This document shows positions 25,018-36,609 of a DNA stretch of 64,000 nucleotides, one piece after another. The notes under the pieces were generated by a model, which was not told the DNA's origin, did no database searches, and saw only the letters and a list, made by a program, of their open reading frames with translations. How positions within the stretch are numbered: the first letter of the stretch is position 1; every line of letters begins with the position of its first letter. The translations under genes were made by a program, and so were the position numbers. Source of the stretch: Strigamia acuminata (Eukaryota); contig OX442314.1 of NCBI GenBank assembly GCA_949358305.1, positions 4,650,001 through 4,714,000 of the forward strand. The letters are read 5' to 3'.

Positions 25018-25770
25018 CAGGGTGTTTCGTTTAAGATGCCCAGTCAATTTCCAGAATAAGTATATGCTTTTTTAAAAAACCAAGCAGACTATCCTATAGC
25101 AAAGTAGGGATTACGAATCCAATGATGTAATCAAATTTTATGCCAGACATGCAACAATGCACTTTTCATTCGCTAACTCGTTAACCGGTTGAGATAGAGC
25201 AAAATTTCCAATTACAAAGTTGTTGAGATCATCAAATTAGTACTGTCCAACTTATCTTAGTCATCTTAAGTTAATTTTTTTCATTTTAAAATGAAAACAA
25301 GTCAGCTGAAATAAAGCCAGCCATTGTGACAAAAATTAAATTTCTACTGCAAAAGTACTGAATTTGTTCAATAAATGTATTCAAATTTGCATTATTATAC
25401 AAGTAAACAAGAAAAACCACTGTATTTTTTTAATGCCTAAATTATTTTATTTTCTAAGAATAAAAAATTTCAATTTGCTGATTTGTTTTCCTTATTTTTA
25501 AAAAAAAAACAGTTAACTTAAGATGACTAAGATAAGTTGGATAGTACTAATTTGATGATTCTCTACAACTTTGTAATTGGAAATTTTGCTCTATCTCAAC
25601 CGGTTAACGAGTTAGCGAATGAAAAGTGCATTGTTGCATGTCTGGCATAAAATTTGATTACACCATTGGATTCGTCATCCTTACTTTGCTATAGAATAGT
25701 CTGCTTGGTTTTTTAAAAAAGCATATACTTATTCTGTAAATTGACTGGGCATCTTAAACGAAACACCCTG
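25018..25770. mobile_element. Non-autonomous Tc1/mariner-type element with about 260-bp TIRs
   Basis: TA|CAGGGTGTTTCGTTTAAG...CTTAAACGAAACACCCTG|TA; arms nearly perfect inverted copies. Confidence 0.88.
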
Positions 25771-28238
25771 TATATTTAAGGACTTTTACATACGTCATTA
25801 GTCCTATTGAAAACGTCACGCTTTTCGACCTACGATGTCAAAGTAAGCAGAATGCACCCCCCTGCGGTTGATCTGGCTTTTGATTTCGAACACGATGCAG
25901 CTGACACATGGCCAACAGATAAGCTAACCAAAAGCGAGTAGTTATGTTCGCTAAATTACCACAAGTTGCCACCAGGGTGCCTGATATAAAATGACTGCAC
26001 GATAATCTTTATTTATTAAAACATCATATTTAAAGCATATTTTAAGTCTTATTTACGTGTCAGACATAAATAGATAAACAAATAAATGAATACATAAATA
26101 AAATAAGTTTCTACATAATTTTCTATACCATTCTTCATTAACACAGGCCTCTAATGTATAAACGAAATGATTAACGTGCCTAACATTCGCCGTAATTACG
26201 ATGCTGCTCTATGTTTTAATTAAATTTGTGACAAAAATAGGACGAGGTAAGGATTTTGATTATTGTACGTAAGTTTAATCGTTACATTAATTTTAGATCT
26301 TAGTTTCCCTAAGATGGTGTTAGCAAAAGTAAATAAATTGCTTCGCGCTTTCGCCCACTGTAGAGTGCAACCATTCCGAGCATGATTAGTTTTTTTATTC
26401 TTAGTATTAATTTCTTTCTATTGCAACTTGCGAGTACAATATTCGTTATTAATTAGAAATTAGGATGGGATTTATTCGAAGAATTTATAAAAATTTTATA
26501 CTAGGCGCATTTAACCTCATTCATAAAATCGTTGTTATTAAATATAAAATTTACACGTTTAATTTAGCATTTATAATTGTTTTACAATAATACGTGCATG
26601 TCCTTTTATCCCAGAAGTAAATGTTTTAATTATCGTATTCTTTACACCACAGAATGCATGTACAAAAATTTATATTCTTGTAGTCCAATTGCGAGTTCTT
26701 AATCATTATTCGTTTCTAATATAATGGTATTAATTTTTTAAGCTCTCCATTCGTCTGAATATTGATGAAACAGAACATAGTCCATCTTCAAATCATTACT
26801 GCGCAGCCATCTTACAAGGCGAATCGCACAAGGGCGAATCTGGCCATTCTTACGAATGGCGAATTTCTAGTTTATTCTGTCCAAAAGCAGTCCCAATACG
26901 TTGAAAGGCATTAAAACCAATCAAAAATGGACAAAAACAGTTACAAGGCATTGAAAACCGATTAAAAATAAAAAAATCCTTTAAAAAGCAATATAATTCG
27001 TTTTAAAAGTTGATAAAAATCGGACCACTGCTGTTCGGATGACCGGTGTTTCGATAATCGATGCTCTACTGTTCTTGAAAATCACAAAACCAACATCACT
27101 AAAATGATAATTCAATTTCAATCAGTGGCCTATTAATAAGTCACACCTGGCCTTAAAAAATTGATTTTTAAATGAAATCAAACTATTTCCAATTTCGTGT
27201 GTAGGAAATTGTTTTGATTCTTACTTGTCTGACATCTAGCGGCGAGTTAACGAATTGAACGACTCGGTTTCCAGGTTCCACGACTCACCACCGAAACCAA
27301 AGCGAGTCCTAATGTGATTTTTTTGTTGTTTAAACACAATTTTTGAATTATTTTCGGTAATATTTTCAGAAAAATAAAAAAAGCGAGTGAAAACTGCATC
27401 AAAAGTTGCCATTTATGTTGAAGTATTTGCTGGACGAAAACGAGGTCCGAAGGACAATGGCGCGCCACGTTCACCCGTAAACAGTAAGGGCATTTTTGCC
27501 TTTTCACGTTGTTGTCTACAACGTTGCATTAATTAATCGAAATCGAAATTTGTCGTAACCTTGATTCCGGTAAATAAACTTACTACAATATCTTACAATA
27601 AAACCTTTTATTTCACACTTCAATTATTACAAGAATGATACTTAAATGTTGTTGGTCTCGGATCCTTGTCGGTCGGATACGGTTGTTGCTGCACGGCAGT
27701 CTTACACGTGGCTTCTGTTGTCTAGGGTAATGGCGTCTGGCGAAACACGTGTTCGCAAACGCTTCGCTTTGGTAGATATTACAATCGTAGATTTGCTACG
27801 ATAAATATCTTTGGCTTGTTGTTATAGATGACTTGGGCAACGGGCATCGGTCCTCTATCAATCCGTGGAGTTCGGCCTGAAAGGTGAGGTGTTGATGCTA
27901 TGTTGCGGCTGGATCTATAAGTGGGGTTTCCGGTCAAAACACGGGTTTAAATGACCCCGGGAGACCGGAAATGACGTATTCGCATAAATTCGGAGAATTA
28001 TGCAAATTTATGACGTCGTTACGTCAATCCCGCAGAAACGGTGAAACTAGTAAAGCTAGTTTTCCCGTAATAATCTGATAGTCGATTTATTAGAAATACT
28101 AAAACACTATTTATTAGATCATAAATAATTAAAACACTTTTGTGACCTCGTGGTCACCACACGTCCCCTCCTCAGCAATGTTGTTGTGGGATTTACAATT
28201 AAAATAACAAACATTGCGAAAAAACTCAAAGTTAGAAT

Positions 28239-30512
28239 TCAGTTCGCTCCTTTCTCAGGTGGTCCCTGGGGAGCATCCGGAGGCGGAGGTGGAGGTAGTT
28301 CTTCGGTTGCAGGTGGTTTAGCCATCTTCGAAGTTGCCGGTTTAGCGAGCGGCGGAGTGGAAGTAAGGCGAGACGAGCGATCGCTGGGGTCCTCGAACTC
28401 TCCGATAAAATATCGGTCGTGACCTCCAACGGGCTCGTGCGCTGCGCCGACTCGTTCGTGGATCCAGATACGTGAGAGGAAGGGGGCCAACCCTTGGTTT
28501 GTGTGATGTATCCTCTGGGCCTCGGCTGGGTTCTTCGGGGCGCGGTGTGCTCGTAACAGCCGCTGGTGTTGAATGAAATCGACGCCCGGACCTGCTTCAA
28601 GAGTTCGCTCCATCCATGAGTAGAGCGAGTGGCCGTGGTCACCTGATCGCATAATTTTCTCCTTCGTCTTCTGGGTCATCGTCAAGCCCGGGTAATATAG
28701 CTTTAGATGCGCGTCGATTGGAGGTAACGGCTTCGGCTCGATTGTTTTCTTAGGTCGCAAGATCTTCGGTTTGGTTTTTGATTTTCGAATTACCTTCTTC
28801 GCGTCTTCGGTCGGGACCAGTCCTTCGGGGAACTTTATCGTCTCCTCGGGAGTAGCTGTCGGAACCGTCTGGCTCGCGGAAGTCTCGGGAAGAGGTTCGT
28901 TGGGTAGTACGACCGGTTCGCTTTGTGGTAAAGCCACAGCTCGGACTACTTGATACGATTGTTCTGGGTCGGCGTCTTCTGCAATTAATTGTGCGCGGAC
29001 CTGGATGCAGGAAGGAACCAATTTTAGCCATCGCTCGACGAGAGCGGGAGGCAGCTGAAAACTTTCGTGGGCGACGACTGCCCAGGCGGCTAGTGCTACA
29101 CGGGCGTTTCTAAATGTAGATGCGGCTAGCACAAGCGACATCATGTCGGTGAGTACGACTGTCGTTCGGGCCGTTCGTGACGGGTGGTCTCGTCCAGGGC
29201 TGTTGGTGAATTCGATGGCTGCACGTCGGATGTTTGTTATCGCAATTTGCATTGTCCTGGCCTGATACTCATCGACGCCGGACACCATCTCTTTCGCTTG
29301 TTCGATTGTGGTTGTGTCGAGGAACGACTGTAACTCGTACGGTGTTGGGTCGAACTGGATTGTTGTTTGGACAATCATCGGCTCGGGGGCGGGGGTCGAT
29401 TGTAGGAGCGGTCGGCTAGTCGACCTCGTGTTGATCAATTTTCGCTGAACTTCTCGTTCGGGCTCATCCCAAACGATTGGTATCCTTGACGAGGAAACTT
29501 CACTACGTGTTTCTTCAGGTATGGCTGGAATAATTGGGCCAAAACGTTCCTGGCGTCTCTTGAGTTGGGCGCTGGGACTCGAGGGTGGGGCGCCGATGAC
29601 GACTTTTTTTCGGAACGCGCTCGGAACACTGGACGGCGCTTTGTTGACGGGCGCTTTGATGAATGCGCTGGGGGTCGAGATTAAACTCATCTCGGTTGAC
29701 TTGGTCGGCTTGTAGGTGTGTTTTGGCTGTTCGTTCTGAGCCTTTAGTACCGCGGCGACCATGTCTGCTTCTGTATATCGCTTTTCTTGCTCGGGCACGC
29801 TTATTGGCTCTACCAATTGTTTGTCTTCGGTTGTAGCTGGCGTGTCCTGACGAATCTCGATTTGAATCGTTTTTTCTTCGTTGATCTCACGTGTGTCCTT
29901 GAAACTTCTCCACGTTTCTTCTCGCGTTCTCGACGATCGGAGGCATCCACGTTGATTCGGTCGAGTCCTGGAGTAGCGATGGGTTTCGATTGCTTGTGGC
30001 CTCTCGATTCTGGATCTCCTTTGCGGCGAGGGTTCCCGGGCGTATCGGTAGAAAACTCGTGGGCGAGATTGTGCTCGGTTTCGGGAGTTGTACGACGTGC
30101 TTGGCTGATCCAGGCGTGGTCGTTTGTTGTCGCGATTCGTCAACTCATTGGAGAGTCTTTTTTCGGCTTTCTGCCGTTTGCGACCAAAGATACCCAGGTA
30201 ATGGAGCTGGTGCATCGCTTTCTGTGACGTGATAAACCCATGTTTGGGTCGCCAATCGGGAACATCGGGTCTTTCTCCTCGAACTTGGCTCAACCAAGTT
30301 TTAATCTCGTCCGTTGAATATCCCGCTGGCTTCAATATCTTGAAGAGGTCTTGATAAGCGGTCCGCCTGACTTCGTTGTAATAGTCTCTGTGAATCTTCC
30401 GGCGCTCTTCGTCTGTGGCGGCGTTTTGCCATTTCTCGAGGACGGCCCATTCTTCGGGTTCACTTGGATAATCTTTTTTCCAAAAATTTGTTCGGGAGTG
30501 GTGCCGGTGCAT
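28239..30512 (-). CDS. Gypsy C accessory ORF3, unknown function (757 aa; original start possibly 30704)
   Basis: Long sense ORF between pol and PPT; Arg-rich and Pro/Thr-rich; no signal peptide or clear TM anchor. Confidence 0.75.
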   Translation of the reverse strand: MHRHHSRTNFWKKDYPSEPEEWAVLEKWQNAATDEERRKIHRDYYNEVRRTAYQDLFKILKPAGYSTDEIKTWLSQVRGERPDVPDWRPKHGFITSQKAMHQLHYLGIFGRKRQKAEKRLSNELTNRDNKRPRLDQPSTSYNSRNRAQSRPRVFYRYAREPSPQRRSRIERPQAIETHRYSRTRPNQRGCLRSSRTREETWRSFKDTREINEEKTIQIEIRQDTPATTEDKQLVEPISVPEQEKRYTEADMVAAVLKAQNEQPKHTYKPTKSTEMSLISTPSAFIKAPVNKAPSSVPSAFRKKVVIGAPPSSPSAQLKRRQERFGPIIPAIPEETRSEVSSSRIPIVWDEPEREVQRKLINTRSTSRPLLQSTPAPEPMIVQTTIQFDPTPYELQSFLDTTTIEQAKEMVSGVDEYQARTMQIAITNIRRAAIEFTNSPGRDHPSRTARTTVVLTDMMSLVLAASTFRNARVALAAWAVVAHESFQLPPALVERWLKLVPSCIQVRAQLIAEDADPEQSYQVVRAVALPQSEPVVLPNEPLPETSASQTVPTATPEETIKFPEGLVPTEDAKKVIRKSKTKPKILRPKKTIEPKPLPPIDAHLKLYYPGLTMTQKTKEKIMRSGDHGHSLYSWMERTLEAGPGVDFIQHQRLLRAHRAPKNPAEAQRIHHTNQGLAPFLSRIWIHERVGAAHEPVGGHDRYFIGEFEDPSDRSSRLTSTPPLAKPATSKMAKPPATEELPPPPPPDAPQGPPEKGAN

Positions 30513-30953
30513 CGTCCTTCTCTGGAATCTCGGCTCTCAGTGCGTCGCGCATTTTCTCTGGAAAGTAGTGGATCAAGGTCTCTTGACTCGCCCAGAATCG
30601 CGAGCGGGCTCTGGACGCGGTGAGTCGTTCCACTCGTGTTCGCTTGGATCTTCATCCATTTCTTCCTCTTCGTTATCGGGCGATTGCTTCCAGTTTCTTC
30701 GCATTCTTGATTTATTTGTTGGTTGCGATCTTTGTCTGTTAAACACCTGTTGTTGTCGTAACGGATTGCGGAGTGCACAGTTTAAAAGGTAGTCGAGGTT
30801 AAGTATTTGATTGGTTTTCGTATAAGATGCGTATTTTGATTGTTGGAGTCTCCTTGTGATTGTTTTTGTCCCTAGGAGGTCGGGGTAATTACGTCATCTT
30901 TGTCTTTATCCTTTTGATTGGTTAAGCCAACCATTTTGGATCTTTCTGCTGCA

Positions 30954-33900
30954 TCATGTTCTTCCGGTGATTTTACCGTCCTTTATAAACGGGTTTGGAT
31001 TTCTTTTTCTTGTACTTTGCCGTGTTGGTATTTTACTTTTTCTTTGTTTTGATGTCTTATTAACTTCTACTTCATTTTCAGGAGTTTTACTGACTACTGC
31101 TTCCTCCCCTCCTAAATCCTCATCTGGGGCGGGGATTAGTTCGGCGTCGTCGGAAGCTGTGGGACTTAGGATTTCGTCGGGGTCCGGCGTAACAATTTCA
31201 TCTACGAACGTATCTTGCATTCTTGGCGATGAAGATGGCTGTGTCTGATCTTCTGCCCATTCTTCTTGCGGAAATTCCGGCAGATATGGGGTCAGTTCGC
31301 GTGCGTGGATTGATCGAAAATTTACATTATCGGCCAACCTCTGTAGAGAAAAAGCGTTTCCGCCGTGTGCCTTAGTGATCACGTATGGTCCGTCTCGTTT
31401 GTCGGCTAAGCCAGCATGGATTCCTTTATCTGCACTGGATAGGATGTGGGTATCCTTCCATACGAGGTCATTTATTTTGAAATTACAGAAATGCGTATCC
31501 TTTTCAGATTTCTTCATTCGTTCCCGCATGTCAAATATGTGAGACATCATGTGTTTATAGGTTGCTGAGATAGCTTGTTCGAGTTGACCGACGTAAATGT
31601 GAGGGTTTTTTGGGTCAATCTGCCGAATCCCTTCGGGGATACGTGGGTCCCATGGTACTCGTAGCTCTCGAGCGAAGTTGAGATAAGCTGGGGAAAAGCC
31701 ACGGCCTCTCGAAATAGTTGTTCGGATACTGAATGCAATTTCCTTGAGAAACTCGTCCCATTTGGAGTGTACATCAGTAAATATTGCGAGCGCGTATTTA
31801 ATATCACGATTAAGGCGTTCCACGGGATTGGCCCGTGGGTTGTACGTTGATGTGTATGATGGCTGGATGTCGAATTGCTCGCAGAAATCTTTATACAGTC
31901 TGGAAGCAAATTGGGGCCCGTTATCAGAAATTAATTTTCGAGGGAACCCAAAGTGTAAAGCTACCTCATACAGACATTGAATAATTTTCTGTTTGGTTGG
32001 GTGCGCCATTGGATAAATTTCCGGCCATCCCGTTGCCACATCCATTATGACTAAAATATATTTATGGCTATTAGAGCTTGTTATTTTTGGACCCATTAGA
32101 TCCACGCTCCAACAGTCGAATGGGGTGTATGGTCCGAGTGACAGGTTCTCGTACTTAGCCTTGTTTCTGGGCTTACATGCTTGGCAGCATGGACAATGTC
32201 GTATAAATCGGACAATATCTCGTCGCATCTTGGGCCAATAGTATAGCTGGCTGGCTCGATAGAGTGTCCTCGCTACGCCGGCATGTCCAGCTAGCGGATG
32301 TCCGTGTACCATCCATAGAATCTGCATGCGAACTTTTTTAGGAATTACGACTTTAATCGAACTCCCTGACTCTGTCAAGTCGTCTCGAAAATTTGGATGG
32401 TATTTCAATAGTAGGCCATCGTCTATTAAATACGCGGACACTTTAATTTTAAATTCTTCTCTGTGTTCCTCGTCGTAGACGTCACTTGGGAAGGTTTCAT
32501 CAGTTAAATAGTCGTAGAATCGTTTGCAGAAAGTATCCGTTTTCTGAGCTTCGATTAGCTCTTCGCGGGTAGGCGGGACACAATTCGTGCCTTTGCTAAC
32601 GTGAGAGATGAAAGCTCGTACGAATTTGTCTGTGATTCTTGGCCCGATTGAAAGATTATAGCTGGGCCTAGCGTCCTTTGCTGACTGGTAGGCCCTTGTC
32701 CAATAACCGATGTATTTGTCGTCTGCCGATTCTAATGTCTCTCTGGGCAATTCGTTTTGTTTTTTGAATTCCCATTTTCTGATTGGGGTTGGACAGTATG
32801 CGATTCGAGAATCATCGTCGCCGTCGTCGTCTGGTTCGTCGGGGCCGGGAGCTGGGGCTCTGGAGAGGGCATCGGCGACTGTATTATATTTTCCCGGCTT
32901 GTATTTGATTTCTAAATCGTAAGCCATAAGCTCTAACTGCCATCGGGCCATACGTCCCGACGGCTCCTTGAGGCCCATGAACCATCTCAAAGCTTGATGG
33001 TCGGTCTGGACTGTGAATTTTGTAAATTCGAGGTAGGGCCTGAATTTACGGACAGCCCATACGATGGCTAAGCATTCGAGCTCGGTCGCTGAATAATTTT
33101 TTTCGGCGGCTTGAATTTTTCGGCTGATGAAAATTGTGGGTACTTCCTGCTCGATGTCGTTGACAATATGTTTCTGCATTAATGCAGCTCCAAGCCCGAT
33201 TTTACTTGCATCCGTATGTAAGATAAATTCTCGATTCAAATCGGGGAGAGGAATTGTCTCGGTGTCGATGAGCATTTGTTTGATTTTGTCAAACGCTGCT
33301 TCACATTTCTCGGTCCAGTCGAATTTTATTTCTCGATCCTTTGGTGGGTCTTCTTTCGGATTTATCTTCTGAACCGTCTTTAAAAGGTCCGTGATCGGGG
33401 CGGCGACCTCTGCTAAGTGGGGCAAGAGTCGGCCAAAGAAGTTCACCATTCCCAAGGAACGTTGTACGCCTTTCACGTCTGTGGGTGCTGGAAAATCGGT
33501 AATTGCTCGAACTTTCTTCGGGTCAATGGATAAGCCATTGGTCCCTACTCTGTATCCCAAAAACGCAAGTTCCTTCCGGCAGAATTGGCTCTTTCCAGGG
33601 TGTACATGCAGTCCGGCTTTCGCTAATCGACTGATTACTTCGTCGACGTGTTTGATATGTTCGTCGAAGGTTTGGGATACGATAATAATATCGTCAAGGT
33701 ACGCCCATGCGTATTTATGCAGTGCGTCGCCTAAAACCTTTTCGATCAACCTTTGGAATGTCGCTGGAGCATTTACCAATCCAAAAGGCATGACATTGAA
33801 TATCAGTCGGCCCATCGGGGACCAAAAAGCGGTTTTTTCTTTGTCTTCATCTCGGAATTCGACTTGCCAATAACCTTTCGACAGATCCATCGTTGTTACC

Positions 33901-35231
33901 CATTTGAATGGGGCTAATTCTCGAAGAATTGCTTCGATTGATGGCATCTGAACGGGGTCGATGACGGTAATGGCATTTAGTGGTCGATAGTCGATACATA
34001 ATCGAGGCTCCGATCCCGCACGCATGACGAGTACAATTCTCATCGCGTATTCCCCGAGGGCTTCGGATACTATTCCCTTATCTAACAAGTCTTGACAGAT
34101 GGTCTTGACGATTTCTCGTTTTTGGGGGTTCATTCCTTTAAATGGAACTCGTACCGGCTTATCCGTACATAGTTCTATTTCGTGTTTCACGTAGTTGGTT
34201 TTTCCAGGATCTTTTGTCAAAATTTTACGGTGTTTTTTGAGCATTTCCTCGAGCAATTTTGTCTGAGCTTCTCCTAAATTTGCGTCTACGGCCAAGTTGT
34301 GAGCCAGATTATCTTCCTGGAGCCGCGCGTTAAACGACTTAAAGTCGTAGTCTTGTACGAATTGTTTTAGGTTTCCACCTTTCCATTCGTTCTTCTCGTC
34401 GTCTGACTCTAGAAATTCTGTGGGAACTGTCATTAGTCGGGGGTCTTCGCGCTTATCGATGTAGTTCCAGGATCTCGTTATTGGATTCGGCTGGATCTGC
34501 ATAATGGCCATTATATCCATGCCTAAGAGTAGGACCGTATCGTAGGTGGGTAAAACGATAAAAGGATGGGTTATTACGCCACCCTCCCATATGACTTTAG
34601 TCGTCAAAACTCCTACTGGTCGTACTTCCCCCGCGGCGGTTTTTACGACTACGTTCTCGCTGATTCCTCGCAGTTTGTTGCGCTGCTTCTTGTCCAAAGA
34701 TTCGTATAAATCCGAAGAGATGAACGATCGGTCAGCTCCTGAATCCAACAGGCCGACGAACTTTTTGCCGTTGAAATTGATCGTTAACATCGCGAGTGAA
34801 TCCTTTCGTTCCCTGGACAAATTACAATGTAAAACGCGCTTCTTTCGAGGTGGAGCTTCCTCGTAAGCGTATGGCAGTTCCTTAAAACTTTCAGCTCTTA
34901 TTTCGCCGTCTGCGGTGTTAGTGGTTGGGCCACTATAATCGAACCTTTCTTTGGTGAAGTAGGCTGTGGAGAAATAAGTGATTTTTGTTTTTAGTTCTTT
35001 AATTTGTTTTTCTAACCAATTGGTGTCTTTCCATTTGGCTCTTAGTTCATCTTCCGAATCTGAATCGCCAATTTCTTTATTGCCTAATTCGATTTTTATT
35101 TTGTCTACTTCTTTAGTAATTATCTCATTAATTGCTCGGTTAATTATTTTGCTCGTGTCTTTATTAGGAGCTTGGTCTTCCGGGCATGCAGACAGATCTA
35201 TTTTTTCTCTGTCTGCTTTAACCAGTTTTTT
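30954..35231 (-). CDS. Gypsy C pol (PR-RT-RH-INT), expressed by -1 frameshift
   Basis: LLDSGA, YLDD, HTDAS, HHCC, DDE, GPY motifs; pol frame is open from the A_AAA_AAC site at 35225-35231. Confidence 0.93.
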   Translation of the reverse strand, partial: KKLVKADREKIDLSACPEDQAPNKDTSKIINRAINEIITKEVDKIKIELGNKEIGDSDSEDELRAKWKDTNWLEKQIKELKTKITYFSTAYFTKERFDYSGPTTNTADGEIRAESFKELPYAYEEAPPRKKRVLHCNLSRERKDSLAMLTINFNGKKFVGLLDSGADRSFISSDLYESLDKKQRNKLRGISENVVVKTAAGEVRPVGVLTTKVIWEGGVITHPFIVLPTYDTVLLLGMDIMAIMQIQPNPITRSWNYIDKREDPRLMTVPTEFLESDDEKNEWKGGNLKQFVQDYDFKSFNARLQEDNLAHNLAVDANLGEAQTKLLEEMLKKHRKILTKDPGKTNYVKHEIELCTDKPVRVPFKGMNPQKREIVKTICQDLLDKGIVSEALGEYAMRIVLVMRAGSEPRLCIDYRPLNAITVIDPVQMPSIEAILRELAPFKWVTTMDLSKGYWQVEFRDEDKEKTAFWSPMGRLIFNVMPFGLVNAPATFQRLIEKVLGDALHKYAWAYLDDIIIVSQTFDEHIKHVDEVISRLAKAGLHVHPGKSQFCRKELAFLGYRVGTNGLSIDPKKVRAITDFPAPTDVKGVQRSLGMVNFFGRLLPHLAEVAAPITDLLKTVQKINPKEDPPKDREIKFDWTEKCEAAFDKIKQMLIDTETIPLPDLNREFILHTDASKIGLGAALMQKHIVNDIEQEVPTIFISRKIQAAEKNYSATELECLAIVWAVRKFRPYLEFTKFTVQTDHQALRWFMGLKEPSGRMARWQLELMAYDLEIKYKPGKYNTVADALSRAPAPGPDEPDDDGDDDSRIAYCPTPIRKWEFKKQNELPRETLESADDKYIGYWTRAYQSAKDARPSYNLSIGPRITDKFVRAFISHVSKGTNCVPPTREELIEAQKTDTFCKRFYDYLTDETFPSDVYDEEHREEFKIKVSAYLIDDGLLLKYHPNFRDDLTESGSSIKVVIPKKVRMQILWMVHGHPLAGHAGVARTLYRASQLYYWPKMRRDIVRFIRHCPCCQACKPRNKAKYENLSLGPYTPFDCWSVDLMGPKITSSNSHKYILVIMDVATGWPEIYPMAHPTKQKIIQCLYEVALHFGFPRKLISDNGPQFASRLYKDFCEQFDIQPSYTSTYNPRANPVERLNRDIKYALAIFTDVHSKWDEFLKEIAFSIRTTISRGRGFSPAYLNFARELRVPWDPRIPEGIRQIDPKNPHIYVGQLEQAISATYKHMMSHIFDMRERMKKSEKDTHFCNFKINDLVWKDTHILSSADKGIHAGLADKRDGPYVITKAHGGNAFSLQRLADNVNFRSIHARELTPYLPEFPQEEWAEDQTQPSSSPRMQDTFVDEIVTPDPDEILSPTASDDAELIPAPDEDLGGEEAVVSKTPENEVEVNKTSKQRKSKIPTRQSTRKRNPNPFIKDGKITGRT

Positions 35232-36520
35232 GTCAGTTCTTCGAATTTAGCTGTTAGCTTTTCTAACAATACTTCGTTCTCGGCAGCTTTCTTCTCCTCC
35301 TTCCTCTTTTTTCGTTTCGGGCAATCTCTTCTCCAGTGTCCCATCTCGTTACAGTAGTTACAGGGTTTTGTAGTGGAGTGGTCTGCTTTCGAGAAGGGTC
35401 GTCTTGCGAATTCCTTCTTTTCGTAGGGTTTATCGCTTTTGGGATTATGATGCTCCGTTCTGTTTGCCGTCTTCATTCGAGGTCGGTAGCTTGGGGCTGT
35501 TTCTTTCCCCATATTCGCGTGGAGAATCTCCTCTTCTTGTTGGCTCTCGCTCGTATCTCCCCCTGAGTTTTGCTCGGGGTCGTCTTCTTCGCTTTCCTTC
35601 TCGTCTTCGAAATCATTCACTTCAGATTTGGTACTAGCTCGATAAGCTTTCGGGGCTGGTATCGGGTTAGAAGTCGACTTGTCATTTGATTTTTTCGGTG
35701 GGGCTGCTTCGATGTTTCCGTTCAAGAAGGTTCGTGACTGGATTAGTCGGCCTGCGTCGTTATTTTTGGCGTGTATGCGCTGTATACGAAGTTGGGCCAA
35801 TGCCTTCTCTTCCGGGGTTAGAGAATCGGTATATCGATCATCTACTTCTTCGTGGCGTTTATTGACAAATTTCAACAACTGCTCGAAGCTATCCGTTGTT
35901 GGCGCGTTCATGTCTCGAAGCACCTTTTTCGACACGTCGTTCAGTCCCTTGTCGAAGATTAGTCTTTGGGCGTAGGCGTCCAGTGGAGTATAGAGTTCGT
36001 TAAAGAGACTTTTAGCGCGTAAGCAATAGGCTCGTAACTCCTCTCCGGGAGCTTGCTGCATGAGACTGACTCGTTGTCTGATCTCTTTTTGGGTCTCGCC
36101 GTATTGCTCGTTAAAGGCAACTACGAATTGTTCCCAATATTTTAAGTTCGCCTCCACGTACCACTCCCGCGCCTCTCCCACCAGCATTTCTGGCAGTCCC
36201 TTGGCTACCATTTCGTCCGGCTCGGCTCCAAGCCGCGAGATGGTGAGTGCCACCTCATTTAGGAACTTGTTTCCGGCCCTCCATGTGCCGTCGAATCTTA
36301 GTAGACGCAACTGAGACCATTTGATGTTGCGGTCTTTAGTATCCAGTGCCCATCGGTCGGCTAAATACTTCCTGAGCAGGCTTTCATTCCGTTCGTCTCG
36401 TTCGTCCAAGTCTTGGTTTCGGCCGGTCCGTGAATCGGCACGCATGTGTTCTTCTAACATTCGTAATCGCTCTTCCAGTATGGGGTCGGATTGGCTCTGA
36501 CTCCCATGACTCGGTGACAT
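35198..36520 (-). CDS. Gypsy C gag (capsid-like region and CCHC knuckle)
   Basis: LVGEAREWY...WEQFVVAFNEQY retrotransposon gag signature; CNYCNEMGHWRRDC. Confidence 0.88.
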   Translation of the reverse strand: MSPSHGSQSQSDPILEERLRMLEEHMRADSRTGRNQDLDERDERNESLLRKYLADRWALDTKDRNIKWSQLRLLRFDGTWRAGNKFLNEVALTISRLGAEPDEMVAKGLPEMLVGEAREWYVEANLKYWEQFVVAFNEQYGETQKEIRQRVSLMQQAPGEELRAYCLRAKSLFNELYTPLDAYAQRLIFDKGLNDVSKKVLRDMNAPTTDSFEQLLKFVNKRHEEVDDRYTDSLTPEEKALAQLRIQRIHAKNNDAGRLIQSRTFLNGNIEAAPPKKSNDKSTSNPIPAPKAYRASTKSEVNDFEDEKESEEDDPEQNSGGDTSESQQEEEILHANMGKETAPSYRPRMKTANRTEHHNPKSDKPYEKKEFARRPFSKADHSTTKPCNYCNEMGHWRRDCPKRKKRKEEKKAAENEVLLEKLTAKFEELTKNWLKQTEKK

Positions 36521-36609
36521 GTTTCCGTTTTGAGGAAGGAATTGGTTATTTTGCGAAGAATTCTGGCGCTGAGGAGAATTCTGGTTAGTTAAAGTTGGGG
36601 AAGTCGTGG

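Noticed and set aside
27850..27890. Hammerhead ribozyme in the shared LTR motif
   Set aside because: No proper CUGANGA plus GAAA core with matching stems on either strand
28239..30512. ORF3 of C (and of D) as envelope genes
   Set aside because: No signal peptide, fusion peptide or C-terminal TM anchor visible
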